Positions 1 through 11,100 of a DNA stretch of 64,000 nucleotides are shown here, one piece after another (the stretch's first letter is position 1; the number at the start of each line of letters is the position of its first letter). The DNA is from Schizochytrium sp. TIO01. Taxonomy: Eukaryota > Protista > Bigyra: Labyrinthulomycetes. The stretch lies in contig SMSO01000025.1 of assembly GCA_004764695.1 (NCBI GenBank), forward strand, positions 1,364,001 to 1,428,000, in the 5' to 3' direction. The notes under the pieces are model-generated. The model saw nothing but the letters and a program-made list of their open reading frames with translations. It was not told the DNA's origin and searched no databases. The translations under genes and the position numbers were made by a program.

Positions 1-3000
1 GGACCGCTGGCCCAGCGAGAGCACGTCAGGCAAACATCAATCATGGACATGCTACCTGTAGGAGCAGCGCCTACTTCTGCAGCACTTGAGCTCCGCATGG
101 AACGCCAATTCCTTTTGGAACTTCTTGAGGTGGCATATTCTATTCTCGACAGATACTTGAGCCGTAGCTCAAGTCTTGAAGCTACTCTAGTAAGTGACAA
201 ATCAAAACGATTTGCTGCTCAACAGCTTGAAGAAATATCATCCGAGCTCGGTGGATCTACTGGTAAACTGGCCTCTGTGAGCAGCTTTGCTTCTATCAGT
301 TCCAATCGTGCTATCCTAGATCAGCTTGCACAGCGGCTTTCAAATGTCTTCATCATGTCACAGCAAGATGTTATTAAGTGGATGCGAGAGACAGTTTTTC
401 CAGCGTTTCAACAGAGCGAAGGCTACGCTGCACTGCTTGCTCTTGTTGAAGAAGAAACAGCTGAGGCGCACCGCACACGGAAGCGCATTAACACAATTCT
501 TCATGGCCGAATCTACTCAGAACGCCTGCTTGTTCTGCGGCTCCCGCCGCGCCCAGTGTCTGACGAAAAAGCAGCAAAACTCAGTGACCCAAGCTCTAGT
601 ATTATTCACCACAACTCTAACCCACGCCTTCGTGTAAGTAAGAGTCGTATTGCTCGGCATGGGGCTGGTATGCTTGACTCCTCAGGATCGTTAAAAAACT
701 TTCTTCGTTCACACTCGCTGGGCAATCTTCAATCTTTCGGGCAAAAACAACAAGATCATGAATCGTCGCACGCAACTTTTTCTAGAACAGCATCTATTTC
801 AAAGTTCCGCCAAGACCGTGATGGAGTGTCTAAATCTCGTCGACGGATGTCTAGTTTTCTTTGGAATGGTGTTCATGCTGGTGAGGAGGATGTACCTGTG
901 ATTTCAGGTGTTGTTAAGCTCACCTGTGACCTTTTGGCTAATGAAAGGCTTCTAGAAGCGAATCCATTGGTTTGTGACTGCGATTGTCACTTTTCCTGTT
1001 CCGACGCGAACTGTACGTGCTCTTGTCTTGTACCTACTCTGTCCTTCCGTGGCGGTGGACTATTATTTCGGTCTCGGACGGAGTTCACCTTAGACCCGAA
1101 TCACCGTATCTTCTCGGCCTCAGGAGGACACAGCGCAAAATCTGAGGATGTCTCTGGTTACCGTGGTCGATCACCAACTGTAGAGGATGAAGATGATACA
1201 GAAGAGGAAACAGAGGGCTATGACGAGGAGGCAAGTGACGCCAACTCATCTCCGTCTGCGCCCAGCAATCAGCAAAGTGGATCTAACCCACACTTCAAGG
1301 GCATTGAAAGCCTAGAGAACCTATCTGGGTTGCCACCTGATCTCCATGCCTATATGCTCCCACTCGGACTCAGTGTACGAATCATTGATCTTGAGCACGC
1401 TGATGCAACAGCAAACGAAAAACTCAAGGTTAACCTTTGGCTTCGACCTACTACAGACCCAGAGAATCTTGGTGGCTTCATTCAGCCTGCGCCTAGGCCC
1501 CGCCGTTCATTTACACGTATTACAATTCGCGAAGTTATTGGTGAGGAGACTTTGGTGCTCACTGCCGCTGATCGGCAGACGGAGATCTGTTATGTGCGGG
1601 AACAACGTATGAGCCCTGCGGAGCGCAAGGAATGGATTGCTGGTGTTCGCGAGCAAGTTATGGAGATGACCCCACCACCGGTTGTCCACCCTATGGTCAT
1701 GCCATGTCGCCTTCACCGTCGTCCAGAGCGTACAAGCAAAACCCGTTTCTGGTATGGTGCTGTACACACTGCATATCGTCTAATTCAAGTTGATTGTCCT
1801 CTTGCGTCCAAGCGAGATGCGGAAGAATCAAATCTTGACGAGGAAGAAGAAAACTTAAAAAACCTTGACTCTACAAACGATGAGGCAGAAGTGACCACAA
1901 CAGATGATGGTTATCACGAAATTGTGGTTCGACTCGCAAAACATGCTCGGTATGGGCTTGGCATGAACCTAGCGCTTACTAGGGCTGGTTTTGTTGAACT
2001 TGAGTCTTTCATTACGCGCCTTGATGGTAACGTGTGCCCTGCGGCCCGGTGTGGAGCCTTGCAGATCGGCGATATTCTGATATCTGTGAATGACCGGGCT
2101 GTGTCAAATCGTCTATTCTCAGATGTTATTGATCAAGTTGTCCGTGCATCAAGCCCAATCAAATTTACGTTTGTACGAGGCTACACCCACAAAATTGAGC
2201 GCTGCCTTTCATGCGGCAAAACCAAGTGCGAGCCAACTTTTGCATTTGTGCCCGAAAGTGTTGCACTTCTATCCTACGGCCGGCCCCTCTACCAGCAGCT
2301 TCGCCGGTCTATTGATGAAGTACTTCCGCATGTGTCAGAGGCTAGTATTGATATTGAAGATCTAACCAGAACACTCAAAAAGCTCAATGCCTACATGCGC
2401 CATGAAATCTCCCATGGCCCATCATTGAGCCTCACCCCTGGACCGGCACGCCCGTACTTTCCCTTCAAACAACTGTTTAAGTTCATTCGCAAGGAACATG
2501 TGGCAGATGTCTTGGCGAGCCTTTTGCTGAACCGCCCACTTCTCCTTCTCTCCGATAGCATGTCAGCTCTAGTATTTGTTGCTGAAGCTCTACGATCAAT
2601 GCTTTGGCCTTTTGTCTGGAAGCACCCGTTTAACCCTGCTTTGCCTATCCCTTTGTGTAGAGCATTTGCTGAACGCCGTGCACAGAAGATGGAAGAAATC
2701 GAGGCTTTGCGTAACGATAAAGCATCCTCACGTCAATTCCGGTACATGAGTTCACCCTTCTTCTTTGGTATCTGCACGCGTGGTATGCATGCTAGAGATT
2801 CTTATTTGGGAGAGTTTGTCGGTTACGATGACATTCGAAACTACATGATGTACGAGCATGATAACCTTCGGCCTATGGACCGATTCTTGGCCGTTCGATC
2901 TCTCGAACCGCTACTTTTGGATGGAACTCTTCTCTTAGATATTGATTCGGATTTGCTGGACATTCCCAAGCCTTCTCAATCAGATCTTCAGAATCTTGCA

Positions 3001-4581
3001 GACCAACAACAGGCGCAGAGTAACGCGGGTCGCTCCTTAGACCCATTGTCCCCTTCGAACAATACTGATTGGGCCCTTGATCGTGATCGTCGATTGGCTT
3101 TGACTCGATTTAGCCATCCTCTCTTTCGTCTTGACGACACTGTGGTATCCCGTCGTGCCCGCACTTCGTCTGTGAGTTCTGCTACATCTACATTGAGTAT
3201 GGGATCTCCTCCAGTTGCGCAAGAGACGATGATTCCAAGCTTTCCTGAGGGCCTTCGAGACAAGCTCTTGGAGGAATGGGCTGCTATTCCTGATGAACAC
3301 GCTAGCCTTTTTGCGTATCATGAGAAACTCATGCACGTCCATGCGAAGCTTTTGCACAATTACCGTGCTTACTGCCTGACACATGACCTTGATTTATACG
3401 ATGATTCAGAAGTCGAAGATTCAAGATATGAAGTTGATGAAGGTGAGGTTCCGAATAATATTATCCTCAGTTTCAACGTTCGGGCATTCTTAAGCAAGTG
3501 CATGCGTCTTCATCGACCATATTTGAGCGTCTTCCTCCGTACGAAGAGCTTTGCGAGCTTCCTCACGGAGAGCACGTATACTGGAAGCGATGTTCTAGAG
3601 CGCTTTTCAGAGTATGCTAGAGGATCATCATCTTTGGAGGATGTTGATCTTCGCCTTCGAGCAGCTCGCAGCCGTAGTGGCTCACAACCAAGTGGCGCAC
3701 AAGGCCGTCGCTCAAGCCTAACGGTCCTTCATGAAGAACCAAATATCCCCCTTGTTGATACGGCAGATCTCTCTGCGATGCTACCTCCACCACCGCTGGT
3801 GCCGAAAGTCCAGTCCAGCGATGATGCCGATGTTATCGTTGCTTCTGCAAACGAAAGCCCCCGGGGTCCTTATGGTACCAGCATGGACGGCGGTGAGGAA
3901 GATAACGATGATATTTACGATGAGGAGGATGACGAAGAATTTGAGGAAGACGACGAGGAGGATGAAGTCAGTGATGAGAACGACCAGGAGGATGCGGATC
4001 GTGCTGCCTTTATCAAAGAAAACGAGGAGGTTGAAAACAACTATGTTGAAGCAGAAGACGAGAGTGACAACGAAGATGCTGCCAGCGTCCCTTCTCGTGA
4101 CGAAGGTCGTGATGATGTAAACAAGTCAGACCCAACAGCATCAACTAATGAGAAACGATTGGACCCTGAGAATATTTTGGAAGACGTAGAACTTGCGGGA
4201 GCGTCATCTGCATCCAATACTGGTAAACCCTTGGCGAATGCCGACTCTGACTTCGATGGAGAAGAGGAAGAAGCTGAAGCAAGCGATCACAATGGCTATG
4301 TTGAGGACTTCGGCGAAGGTTTAAACAAGGAAGATTCCACTAAGGCTAAATCTAAAGCTATGGAACTAGGTGATAAGCACGATGAGGTGTCTGACGATGA
4401 AGATGAAGATGCTGAGGACAAAGGAGATGCCCATGCCGGCCGCATTGAGGATTTTGGTGAGGGTATTAAAACAAAATCGTCAAAGGCTCCTGAAACTACA
4501 GCATCTGCTGCCAGGCAAAACGCTAGCGACGCCAGCGATGATGATCATGAGTCAACAAATGGCGTTGTCGACGAATTGTAA
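1..4581 (+). CDS. RGS-domain + DENN-module (uDENN-PDZ-cDENN-dDENN) protein with acidic tail; 5' end probably outside window
   Basis: Frame is open from base 1 (first ATG 43). RGS C-terminal motif VFIMSQQDVIKWMRETVFPAFQQSEGY; uDENN-like LPPDLHAYMLPLG and FWYGAVHTAYR; PDZ (RLAKHARYGLGMNL...PAARCGALQIGDILISVN...IKFTFVRG); cDENN PFKQLF...VLASLLLNRPLLLLSDSMSALVFVAEALRSMLWPFVWKHPFNPALP; dDENN LLHNYRAY...FNVRAFL...YLSVFLRTKSFASFL; D/E-rich C-terminus. Confidence 0.8.
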   Translation, partial: GPLAQREHVRQTSIMDMLPVGAAPTSAALELRMERQFLLELLEVAYSILDRYLSRSSSLEATLVSDKSKRFAAQQLEEISSELGGSTGKLASVSSFASISSNRAILDQLAQRLSNVFIMSQQDVIKWMRETVFPAFQQSEGYAALLALVEEETAEAHRTRKRINTILHGRIYSERLLVLRLPPRPVSDEKAAKLSDPSSSIIHHNSNPRLRVSKSRIARHGAGMLDSSGSLKNFLRSHSLGNLQSFGQKQQDHESSHATFSRTASISKFRQDRDGVSKSRRRMSSFLWNGVHAGEEDVPVISGVVKLTCDLLANERLLEANPLVCDCDCHFSCSDANCTCSCLVPTLSFRGGGLLFRSRTEFTLDPNHRIFSASGGHSAKSEDVSGYRGRSPTVEDEDDTEEETEGYDEEASDANSSPSAPSNQQSGSNPHFKGIESLENLSGLPPDLHAYMLPLGLSVRIIDLEHADATANEKLKVNLWLRPTTDPENLGGFIQPAPRPRRSFTRITIREVIGEETLVLTAADRQTEICYVREQRMSPAERKEWIAGVREQVMEMTPPPVVHPMVMPCRLHRRPERTSKTRFWYGAVHTAYRLIQVDCPLASKRDAEESNLDEEEENLKNLDSTNDEAEVTTTDDGYHEIVVRLAKHARYGLGMNLALTRAGFVELESFITRLDGNVCPAARCGALQIGDILISVNDRAVSNRLFSDVIDQVVRASSPIKFTFVRGYTHKIERCLSCGKTKCEPTFAFVPESVALLSYGRPLYQQLRRSIDEVLPHVSEASIDIEDLTRTLKKLNAYMRHEISHGPSLSLTPGPARPYFPFKQLFKFIRKEHVADVLASLLLNRPLLLLSDSMSALVFVAEALRSMLWPFVWKHPFNPALPIPLCRAFAERRAQKMEEIEALRNDKASSRQFRYMSSPFFFGICTRGMHARDSYLGEFVGYDDIRNYMMYEHDNLRPMDRFLAVRSLEPLLLDGTLLLDIDSDLLDIPKPSQSDLQNLADQQQAQSNAGRSLDPLSPSNNTDWALDRDRRLALTRFSHPLFRLDDTVVSRRARTSSVSSATSTLSMGSPPVAQETMIPSFPEGLRDKLLEEWAAIPDEHASLFAYHEKLMHVHAKLLHNYRAYCLTHDLDLYDDSEVEDSRYEVDEGEVPNNIILSFNVRAFLSKCMRLHRPYLSVFLRTKSFASFLTESTYTGSDVLERFSEYARGSSSLEDVDLRLRAARSRSGSQPSGAQGRRSSLTVLHEEPNIPLVDTADLSAMLPPPPLVPKVQSSDDADVIVASANESPRGPYGTSMDGGEEDNDDIYDEEDDEEFEEDDEEDEVSDENDQEDADRAAFIKENEEVENNYVEAEDESDNEDAASVPSRDEGRDDVNKSDPTASTNEKRLDPENILEDVELAGASSASNTGKPLANADSDFDGEEEEAEASDHNGYVEDFGEGLNKEDSTKAKSKAMELGDKHDEVSDDEDEDAEDKGDAHAGRIEDFGEGIKTKSSKAPETTASAARQNASDASDDDHESTNGVVDEL

Positions 4582-6863
4582 ACATAGAGCACAGCATGCG
4601 AAGGCATTAAAAGTACACATAAATAGCGCTTCTCTTTTTTTTTTTCTATCTCAATGCATTTCGACGGCCTCCCTTGTTTGCTATTTACACCATTTCCCTG
4701 CTGTGTACTATCTTCTAGCATAACGAGGTTCATTATATCTACAACAGGCATCAAGGATTTTGCTTAAACCATGAAAGATGCTCAGCTTGAGAATCTCAGC
4801 TAGAACCCACATTTCTCTTTATTTCACTAAAGGTGTCATTATATTATTGTTTTCACGACAGTAAATAGCATCTTTTCTTAATTTTATAAAACCACACATC
4901 TCCTGAAGTTCGTTACTCTCAACTTGTCATGCCATCACAGTGCCAGGAAACCTTTCAGGAAAGCATGAGCTCACTACTACCGATTCCATGACAATGAAAA
5001 TTCTTTTCGCCACTTTGGGATTCTTAACCACCGCTGGTCCCTAACGTAACTCCTCTATCCCAAACCACCCCAAAGTCATACGTTACGCTCAACGATGTTC
5101 TTTCCCTTGTTCTGTTCCAAATTATCTTAAATTGCTTCGCCGCCACGGGATAGCAGAGTAGTGGCTGAGAAAGAAAGAGAAAGAAAGAAAGAATAATTGA
5201 ATGCATTTATTTCAAGTTGGTTAAAGATTGACGCTTGATCATAAGAGAAGATGTGTTGCAAAGCTGAAGAAGACGGGTCCAGGCGACTATGGACATGCTT
5301 TCGTGAAGATGACAAGCATCGCATAGCATTCTCACAACCGACATTTCCCTCAATTATGGGATGAGGAGCGAGAGAACACCATCAAACTTTCCATCGCTGC
5401 TCCTTTTTATTGTAATAGGTGGTTAGTCCTTCATTCACTCAGGAGAGGACGCAACTCCTACAGTTTAGGGTAACAGTGATACCTATATGGAGGTTGGGAG
5501 CGCAAATTGTGCGGCGGTGAGATGTGTGGCGTTGATGCGAGGGATGGGCCTCAAAGAAGGCCTTTATGCGCATGAATCAATGTTTTCCGAAGAAGAGTGG
5601 CCTGGAGGCCTTTTATACATGCCTCCTTTGACCCAAAAGTCCTGCTGTCGCGCAATCCACCCAGAATCATTTGGGTGGCCATCTTCGCCAAGTGTTCCCT
5701 TTGTTCCATATGTTCCATAAGATCCGACAGCGGCGGCACTTGAAAGGCTTTAAAAAAGAAAAAGAACGCTAAAAACAAAGAAGAGAACAGGGCAGCCTCG
5801 GCACTACTAATGTTTGTGGTATGATGTGGATAGTGACATGGCAGAGCGGAGTGTTTAAATTATGTAATGCTTTATGATTTATAACTTGTTTATTTGATGG
5901 TTGAATGAACGAACGTTGCGAATGTACTTTGAATGAGCGTAATTGATGCAGCGAAGAAGAGACCGCTCGAGGGGTTTGCATACTTATGAGCTGTTCGTGC
6001 CTGACACCTCTACTGAGGTTGATTTCATATCCACCGCGCTGTGGGACAAATGACATCGCTTATCTTCGTCATGGTTTTACATTATAAAATAAGGTGAATT
6101 TATAAAATTGTGCGAGCTTTCGTTTCCTCGCAGATCACAACTCTCGCAATGGTAATTCATTTCTAGGTAGCGAGCAACCGGAAAGTAGCTTTATGGTCTG
6201 TAATGAATGCATATTATCTTCAGGTTCGTGCGATGTATATCATGAATCGGTGACCAATGTTAATCAATCGTACAATTAATTTCATCATGCGTGAGCAACT
6301 GATTGAGTGATAGATAAGCCGGCAGCGTTCTTTCATATTCTAAAAAAGAACGATAGAAAGCACTGGCCAGCCTATGGCGCAATTACTACAAACTGTAGCA
6401 ACTCAATAAGATCAAGAATAAAAATAAATGTCGATGTGGGTACTGTGATGTTTTGAAGGTGCCGATTGTAGTTAAGTAGAGGAGCGAAGGAAAGAAATAA
6501 TGAATGAAATGATTGATTAATTAATTAATTAAATACATACATACAATAATGAAGGGATAAGAAGAACAAGAAGAACAAGGCGGAGAAGAAGAAGGAGAAG
6601 AGAAGAGAAAGAGGTCTCACGTTTGTGGCGGCAGAAGTCGAGGAGCTAGAGTCCGGAAGGCACGGACGCTTAGCAGGTTCACGCGGCGGGCTGGAGGTCC
6701 GCAATACTCTCTCGGGTGCACTTTCCTCCGTCGGAACTTGTTCTCCGGCGCGAACACTTGTGGGGTCTGTCTGGATCGAGGAGGCTACAGGCAGCGAGCT
6801 AGTTAAACTGAGCGATCTCGCTCGTTAACTTCATCAACAACAGCTACATATCTTGAGAGCAAA

Positions 6864-8468
6864 ATGGCCTCTTACGAAGACAACTACGGCGAGGAACAGG
6901 GCGGCGACTATGGCGAGGACTACGGCGACTATGGCGAGGACTACGGCGAGGGCGAATACGGTGGGTACAATGACACCATGGCCAGCGACTTCAACTTGCT
7001 GGACCGTGTTCGCGTTTTCGTGCAGGATTTCCACGCCAAGATTTCGGCTAACAAGGTCCTCGACGTCCGCAACCTTTACTGCAAGGAGTGGTCGAGCATC
7101 ACCAGCGCTTACTACAAGGACATTGAGTGGCCGCGTGCCGACGAGGTCGCTGGTCTTTGCGACAACGACCAGACGTTTCTGTTATTCTACAACGAGCTGT
7201 ACTACAGGCACATTTTTGTGAACTGCGAGCCTCTGATTCACCACCGCTTTGAGTCGTGGAACAACTACCGCGCTCTCTTCGATAAGGTTCTCGAAAACGA
7301 TGAGCTCCGCGGCCGTATGATTCCTAGTGAGTGGGTGAACGACATGATTGACGAGTTTCTGTACCAGTTCCAGGACTTCTGCAGATACAAGCACGACGTC
7401 GGTAGCCTTTCTGAGGATGAGAGCCGTCTTCTTGAGGAGAACCCGAACGTGTGGGCCACCGAGACTGTGCTTGGATACCTGACTTCCTTCATGCAGCAGT
7501 CTGGCGTCGTCCCGATGCTGGAGGCGTCCAAGAACCTTCAAGGCGCCCGCCTCAATGTGCTCCAGTCTCTTGGTTACTTCAGTATCTTCGGTCTGTGCCG
7601 CATGAACTGCCTCATGGCTGACTACCGCCGTGCCGTCGCCGTTCTTGCACCGGTCGACACCGATGACAAGCGTGCTCTTTTCACGCGTGTTCCGGGCTGC
7701 CACGTGACTCTCTTCTACTACCTTGGTTTTGCCTATCTTATGATGAGGAGATATGCTGATGCTCTTAGCGTGTTTTCCGCTGTCCTATTGGCACACCGTG
7801 GCTCCTCTAAGGACAGGAACACTTCGTTCGCCGATGGCCAGATCCACGGCAAGTATGACCGCATCCGTGCTCTCGCCGCGATGGCCATTTCTCTGAGCCC
7901 CGGTATGCGTGTGGACCAGCAGGTCTCTTACGTGATCTCGGAGAAGCACGCAGACAACTTGCTGCTCCTGAACAAGCGCGACGAGTCGACTTTTGAGTCT
8001 CTTTTCAGCTACGCGTGCCCCAAGTTCATCGTGCCGGGTAACCCGAACTTCGGAGACCTTGGAAACCGCCACCAGGAGGCATACCGTCTGCAGTTGAAGT
8101 TGTTCCTGTACGAGGTGCGCCAGCAGGCAGCTATCCCTACGATCAGGTCGTACCTGTTGCTGTACACGTCGATTCCCATCACCAAGCTCGCCAAGTTCTG
8201 CGAGATGCCGCCCGAGAGGTTCCGGGAGTACCTCTGCCTGCTCAAGTCCACCGCCAACCAAGTGGTGCACCAGGATGGCACACCGGCGCTCGAGGGAACT
8301 CTGCAGGTGGTGAACGATATTCACTTCTTCATTGTAGGCGACATGGTCTTCATGGACGAGACCAAGCAGCCCCAGCGCTTTGCGCAATACTTCATGACCT
8401 ACGCTCTCAAGTTCCAGCAGACCATCGACGACATGGCCGAGCTCAAGGACACCGCTGCCGCGCGTTAG
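6864..8468 (+). CDS. EIF3L: Eukaryotic translation initiation factor 3 subunit L
   Basis: 534-aa intronless ORF with family motifs LFYNELYYRHIF, RFESWNNY, W..DMIDEFLYQFQDFC, LGYFSIFGLCR, YYLGFAYLMMRRYADA, LFSYACPKFI, TIRSYLLLYTSI; strong C/G-ending codon bias. Confidence 0.96.
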   Translation: MASYEDNYGEEQGGDYGEDYGDYGEDYGEGEYGGYNDTMASDFNLLDRVRVFVQDFHAKISANKVLDVRNLYCKEWSSITSAYYKDIEWPRADEVAGLCDNDQTFLLFYNELYYRHIFVNCEPLIHHRFESWNNYRALFDKVLENDELRGRMIPSEWVNDMIDEFLYQFQDFCRYKHDVGSLSEDESRLLEENPNVWATETVLGYLTSFMQQSGVVPMLEASKNLQGARLNVLQSLGYFSIFGLCRMNCLMADYRRAVAVLAPVDTDDKRALFTRVPGCHVTLFYYLGFAYLMMRRYADALSVFSAVLLAHRGSSKDRNTSFADGQIHGKYDRIRALAAMAISLSPGMRVDQQVSYVISEKHADNLLLLNKRDESTFESLFSYACPKFIVPGNPNFGDLGNRHQEAYRLQLKLFLYEVRQQAAIPTIRSYLLLYTSIPITKLAKFCEMPPERFREYLCLLKSTANQVVHQDGTPALEGTLQVVNDIHFFIVGDMVFMDETKQPQRFAQYFMTYALKFQQTIDDMAELKDTAAAR

Positions 8469-9103
8469 ATGCTAGCTTTCATGAACGATCGAACAAAGGA
8501 ACAAAAGAACTACCTTGTTCTTCTTCACATTCGTATTTCCTGACAACACCTACCATTACTACAAGAATAACGACTTCTCTAGCCGCAAATACGAGATCGA
8601 CGCCTCCGTTTACACGATTTGTTCTTCCTGATGATAATGCATAGGATGCATAGGATGATGGCGAGGTCATGTCTGATCGCAAGCTCAGGAAAGCGAGGCA
8701 TCTATTTCACAATCCAGCCAACAACAACAACTTGACGACACCCAACCCATAACTACTAAATAAACCCTCTTGCTAACCAAACCCTCTTCATCTTCTCTCT
8801 CCAGCTTTGGTAGCTGAATGGGAAATGCACCCATTTTAGTCACTTCAAGTCTGGCAGTTTTAGAGTTGCTGCACATACCCACGTGGGCCAAACCACGACC
8901 TAATGCAATTGTATCTTGTTTCAACATTTTCGTCTTGACGTAGGACCAAACCCTTAATTAGACCTGCATAACCCATGAGAAAAAAATACCTTCAGCAAGC
9001 AAGCTCCATAATTGCTTGTCTTTTATCCTCCACATTTCCATTACACAACCTCAAGATTCGTAAATGAGTTCTTTTTCTTTTCTTCTATTAATGATGAGCA
9101 AAC

Positions 9104-9174
9104 ATCAAACAAACAAACAAACAAACAAGCGAATTGACGAACGAACCAAAGGAATGAATGAATGAATGAATGAA
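9104..9174 (+). repeat. (AAAC)n and (TGAA)n microsatellites upstream of NCBP2
   Basis: caaacaaacaaacaaacaaacaa followed by gaatgaatgaatgaatgaatgaa. Confidence 0.85.
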
Positions 9175-9486
9175 TACTAAGTTTTGCCTAATTGGATTAG
9201 CCCGCCCTTAGGATAGTCTCTTTCCTTATAAACATTCCAAATAACACTTTCCCAGTATAAACACTAATATTGGTGGATAATATGTGTCATGATGATTAGC
9301 GAAGACCAAATAGATAACAAGGGAGAGCAAGCCTCGAAACATCAACACAAACCGCGCTAGGTTCCACTGGCCAACCCTGGACGAATCGACCAGCAAATAT
9401 AGCCAGACCTTCCTCGTTTGCGAGGGTGGTCGTCTTTGCAGCAAACAGCACACCGTTTGCGTTGTCGTTTGCCTGATTCGATCATC

Positions 9487-10386
9487 ATGGCAACGCTGCT
9501 GGAGCAAACGAGGGCGCGACCTGCGAGAGAGTACTTTGACAAGACTCTGTTTGCATCCTTAGCAGCGCATCAGGCTGCGAAGGAGCGGTCGAGCACGGTT
9601 TATGTGGGTGGTCTGTCCGAGTTTACGACGGAGCAGCAGTTACACGCAGTCTTCTCGCTGTGCGGCAGCGTTCGCAGAGTCGTTATGGGCCTTCACCGTG
9701 TAGAACGTAAGCCGTGCGGCTTCTGCTTTGTAGAGTTTGAGCGCCGACAAGCCGCAGTAGATGCCGAGAGACTCTTGAGCGGAATTGAGCTTGATGCCAA
9801 GGCTATCAAAGTTGAGATTGACCCGGGTTTTGTCGACGGAAGGCAGTACGGAAGAGCTCGTAGTGGAGGACAAGCACAAGAAGACCGCAGAGGAAACCAA
9901 CAAACCTTTGGATTCGGAGGCGCAGGAACCCAAAACTCATCGAGATCTCACACACATAGACGATTAAGAGACACAAGGGATTCGAGGGACCAGAGGGGAC
10001 ATCGTGGTGCTAGGAACTGGGAGCCCAGAGGACGGAGAGATCGTGGTGACAGAGATCGTGGTGACAGAGATCGTGGTGATAGAGATCGTGGTGATAGAGA
10101 TCGCGGTGATAGAGATCGCCGCGATAGAGAACGCCGCGACCGAGACCGTGAGGGGGGGCATATTTCTCGAGAGTCTCTAGAGAGAGAAAGATCCGCGCCT
10201 GCCCAACGAGATCATTCGAGAGCGGCCTCGGAAACTGTAACGACAACTACTACAAAGAGACCAAGAGCAGAATCAAATGATTCCGCAGGATCTGATGATG
10301 AGGAAACGCTTAGAAGACGCAGAGCCAGACGCCAGAGGACCCGGAGGCGGTCTGGCTCAGACTCGGACTCTTCAGATTCTGATTAA
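9487..10386 (+). CDS. NCBP2: Nuclear cap-binding protein subunit 2 (CBP20) with long Arg/Asp-rich C-terminal tail
   Basis: RRM with STVYVGGLSEFTTEQQL, VRRVVMGL, PCGFCFVEF and the CBP20 signature DPGFVDGRQYGRARSGGQ. First ATG is at 9487; the ORF-track start 9418 is TTG. Confidence 0.9.
   Translation: MATLLEQTRARPAREYFDKTLFASLAAHQAAKERSSTVYVGGLSEFTTEQQLHAVFSLCGSVRRVVMGLHRVERKPCGFCFVEFERRQAAVDAERLLSGIELDAKAIKVEIDPGFVDGRQYGRARSGGQAQEDRRGNQQTFGFGGAGTQNSSRSHTHRRLRDTRDSRDQRGHRGARNWEPRGRRDRGDRDRGDRDRGDRDRGDRDRGDRDRRDRERRDRDREGGHISRESLERERSAPAQRDHSRAASETVTTTTTKRPRAESNDSAGSDDEETLRRRRARRQRTRRRSGSDSDSSDSD
10036..10140 (+). repeat. 15-bp coding tandem repeat (RDRGD)n in NCBP2 tail
   Basis: agagatcgtggtga(c/t) x5, followed by two degenerate copies. 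Confidence 0.9.
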
Positions 10387-11100
10387 ATTTGATGTTGTCT
10401 CTGATGGACTGCTTGAATGGACACCTCGAGGAAGATCACGTTGAACATTCGACCCTGACTCTGCATAAAGGTCTAGTTTGGTGAAGGTCCCAAGCCTAAA
10501 CCGCCTTGGAAACTCTGGCAAATCATGCCCCTTGATAAAGATGTAATTGTCACCGACGCGAGACGAGCAGCTTTACGCGACCCAATCACGAAGCAAAGAA
10601 ACTACTACCTTTAGGTTCATCCTTCTTATTTTCTCACTCATGAGGGGGGTTGTTTTAGAGCTGATGGACTAGCTGTAGATAGCTAGCCTAAATAACTCAG
10701 CTTCATGAGCAAAACCTGATTGCATACTTTCATTTATCGATACTGCTACTCTTATTCACACCACACAATAAACCCACTAAATACACATTTACTTCGCCTT
10801 TCATTTGCTCCACATTTATCCTACAAATCTTTTTCTCTGTCGTCCAGACATCATAACAATCGTAAATTCCCGCTAGCAATTTCATTTATCTTTGTAAGGC
10901 ATCCAAACAAGTCTAGTCTTTTCACTCGCCTGCCCAAGTACGAAAAGATCAATTATGCTAGCAAGAGAGAAACAGAGTTGAGGAGAATAATCAACATTGC
11001 TCATTTACAAAGACAATTTGATAGTTTTACAACATGTATTCTTCCTTTACCTACAAGATCTACAACTTGTTTTTTTGAAATTTAAAAAAAGGAAAATCAA

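Noticed and set aside
7182-8387. Minus-strand ORFs of 173 and 200 aa over eIF3L
   Set aside because: Antisense shadows caused by the strong GC3 codon bias of eIF3L.
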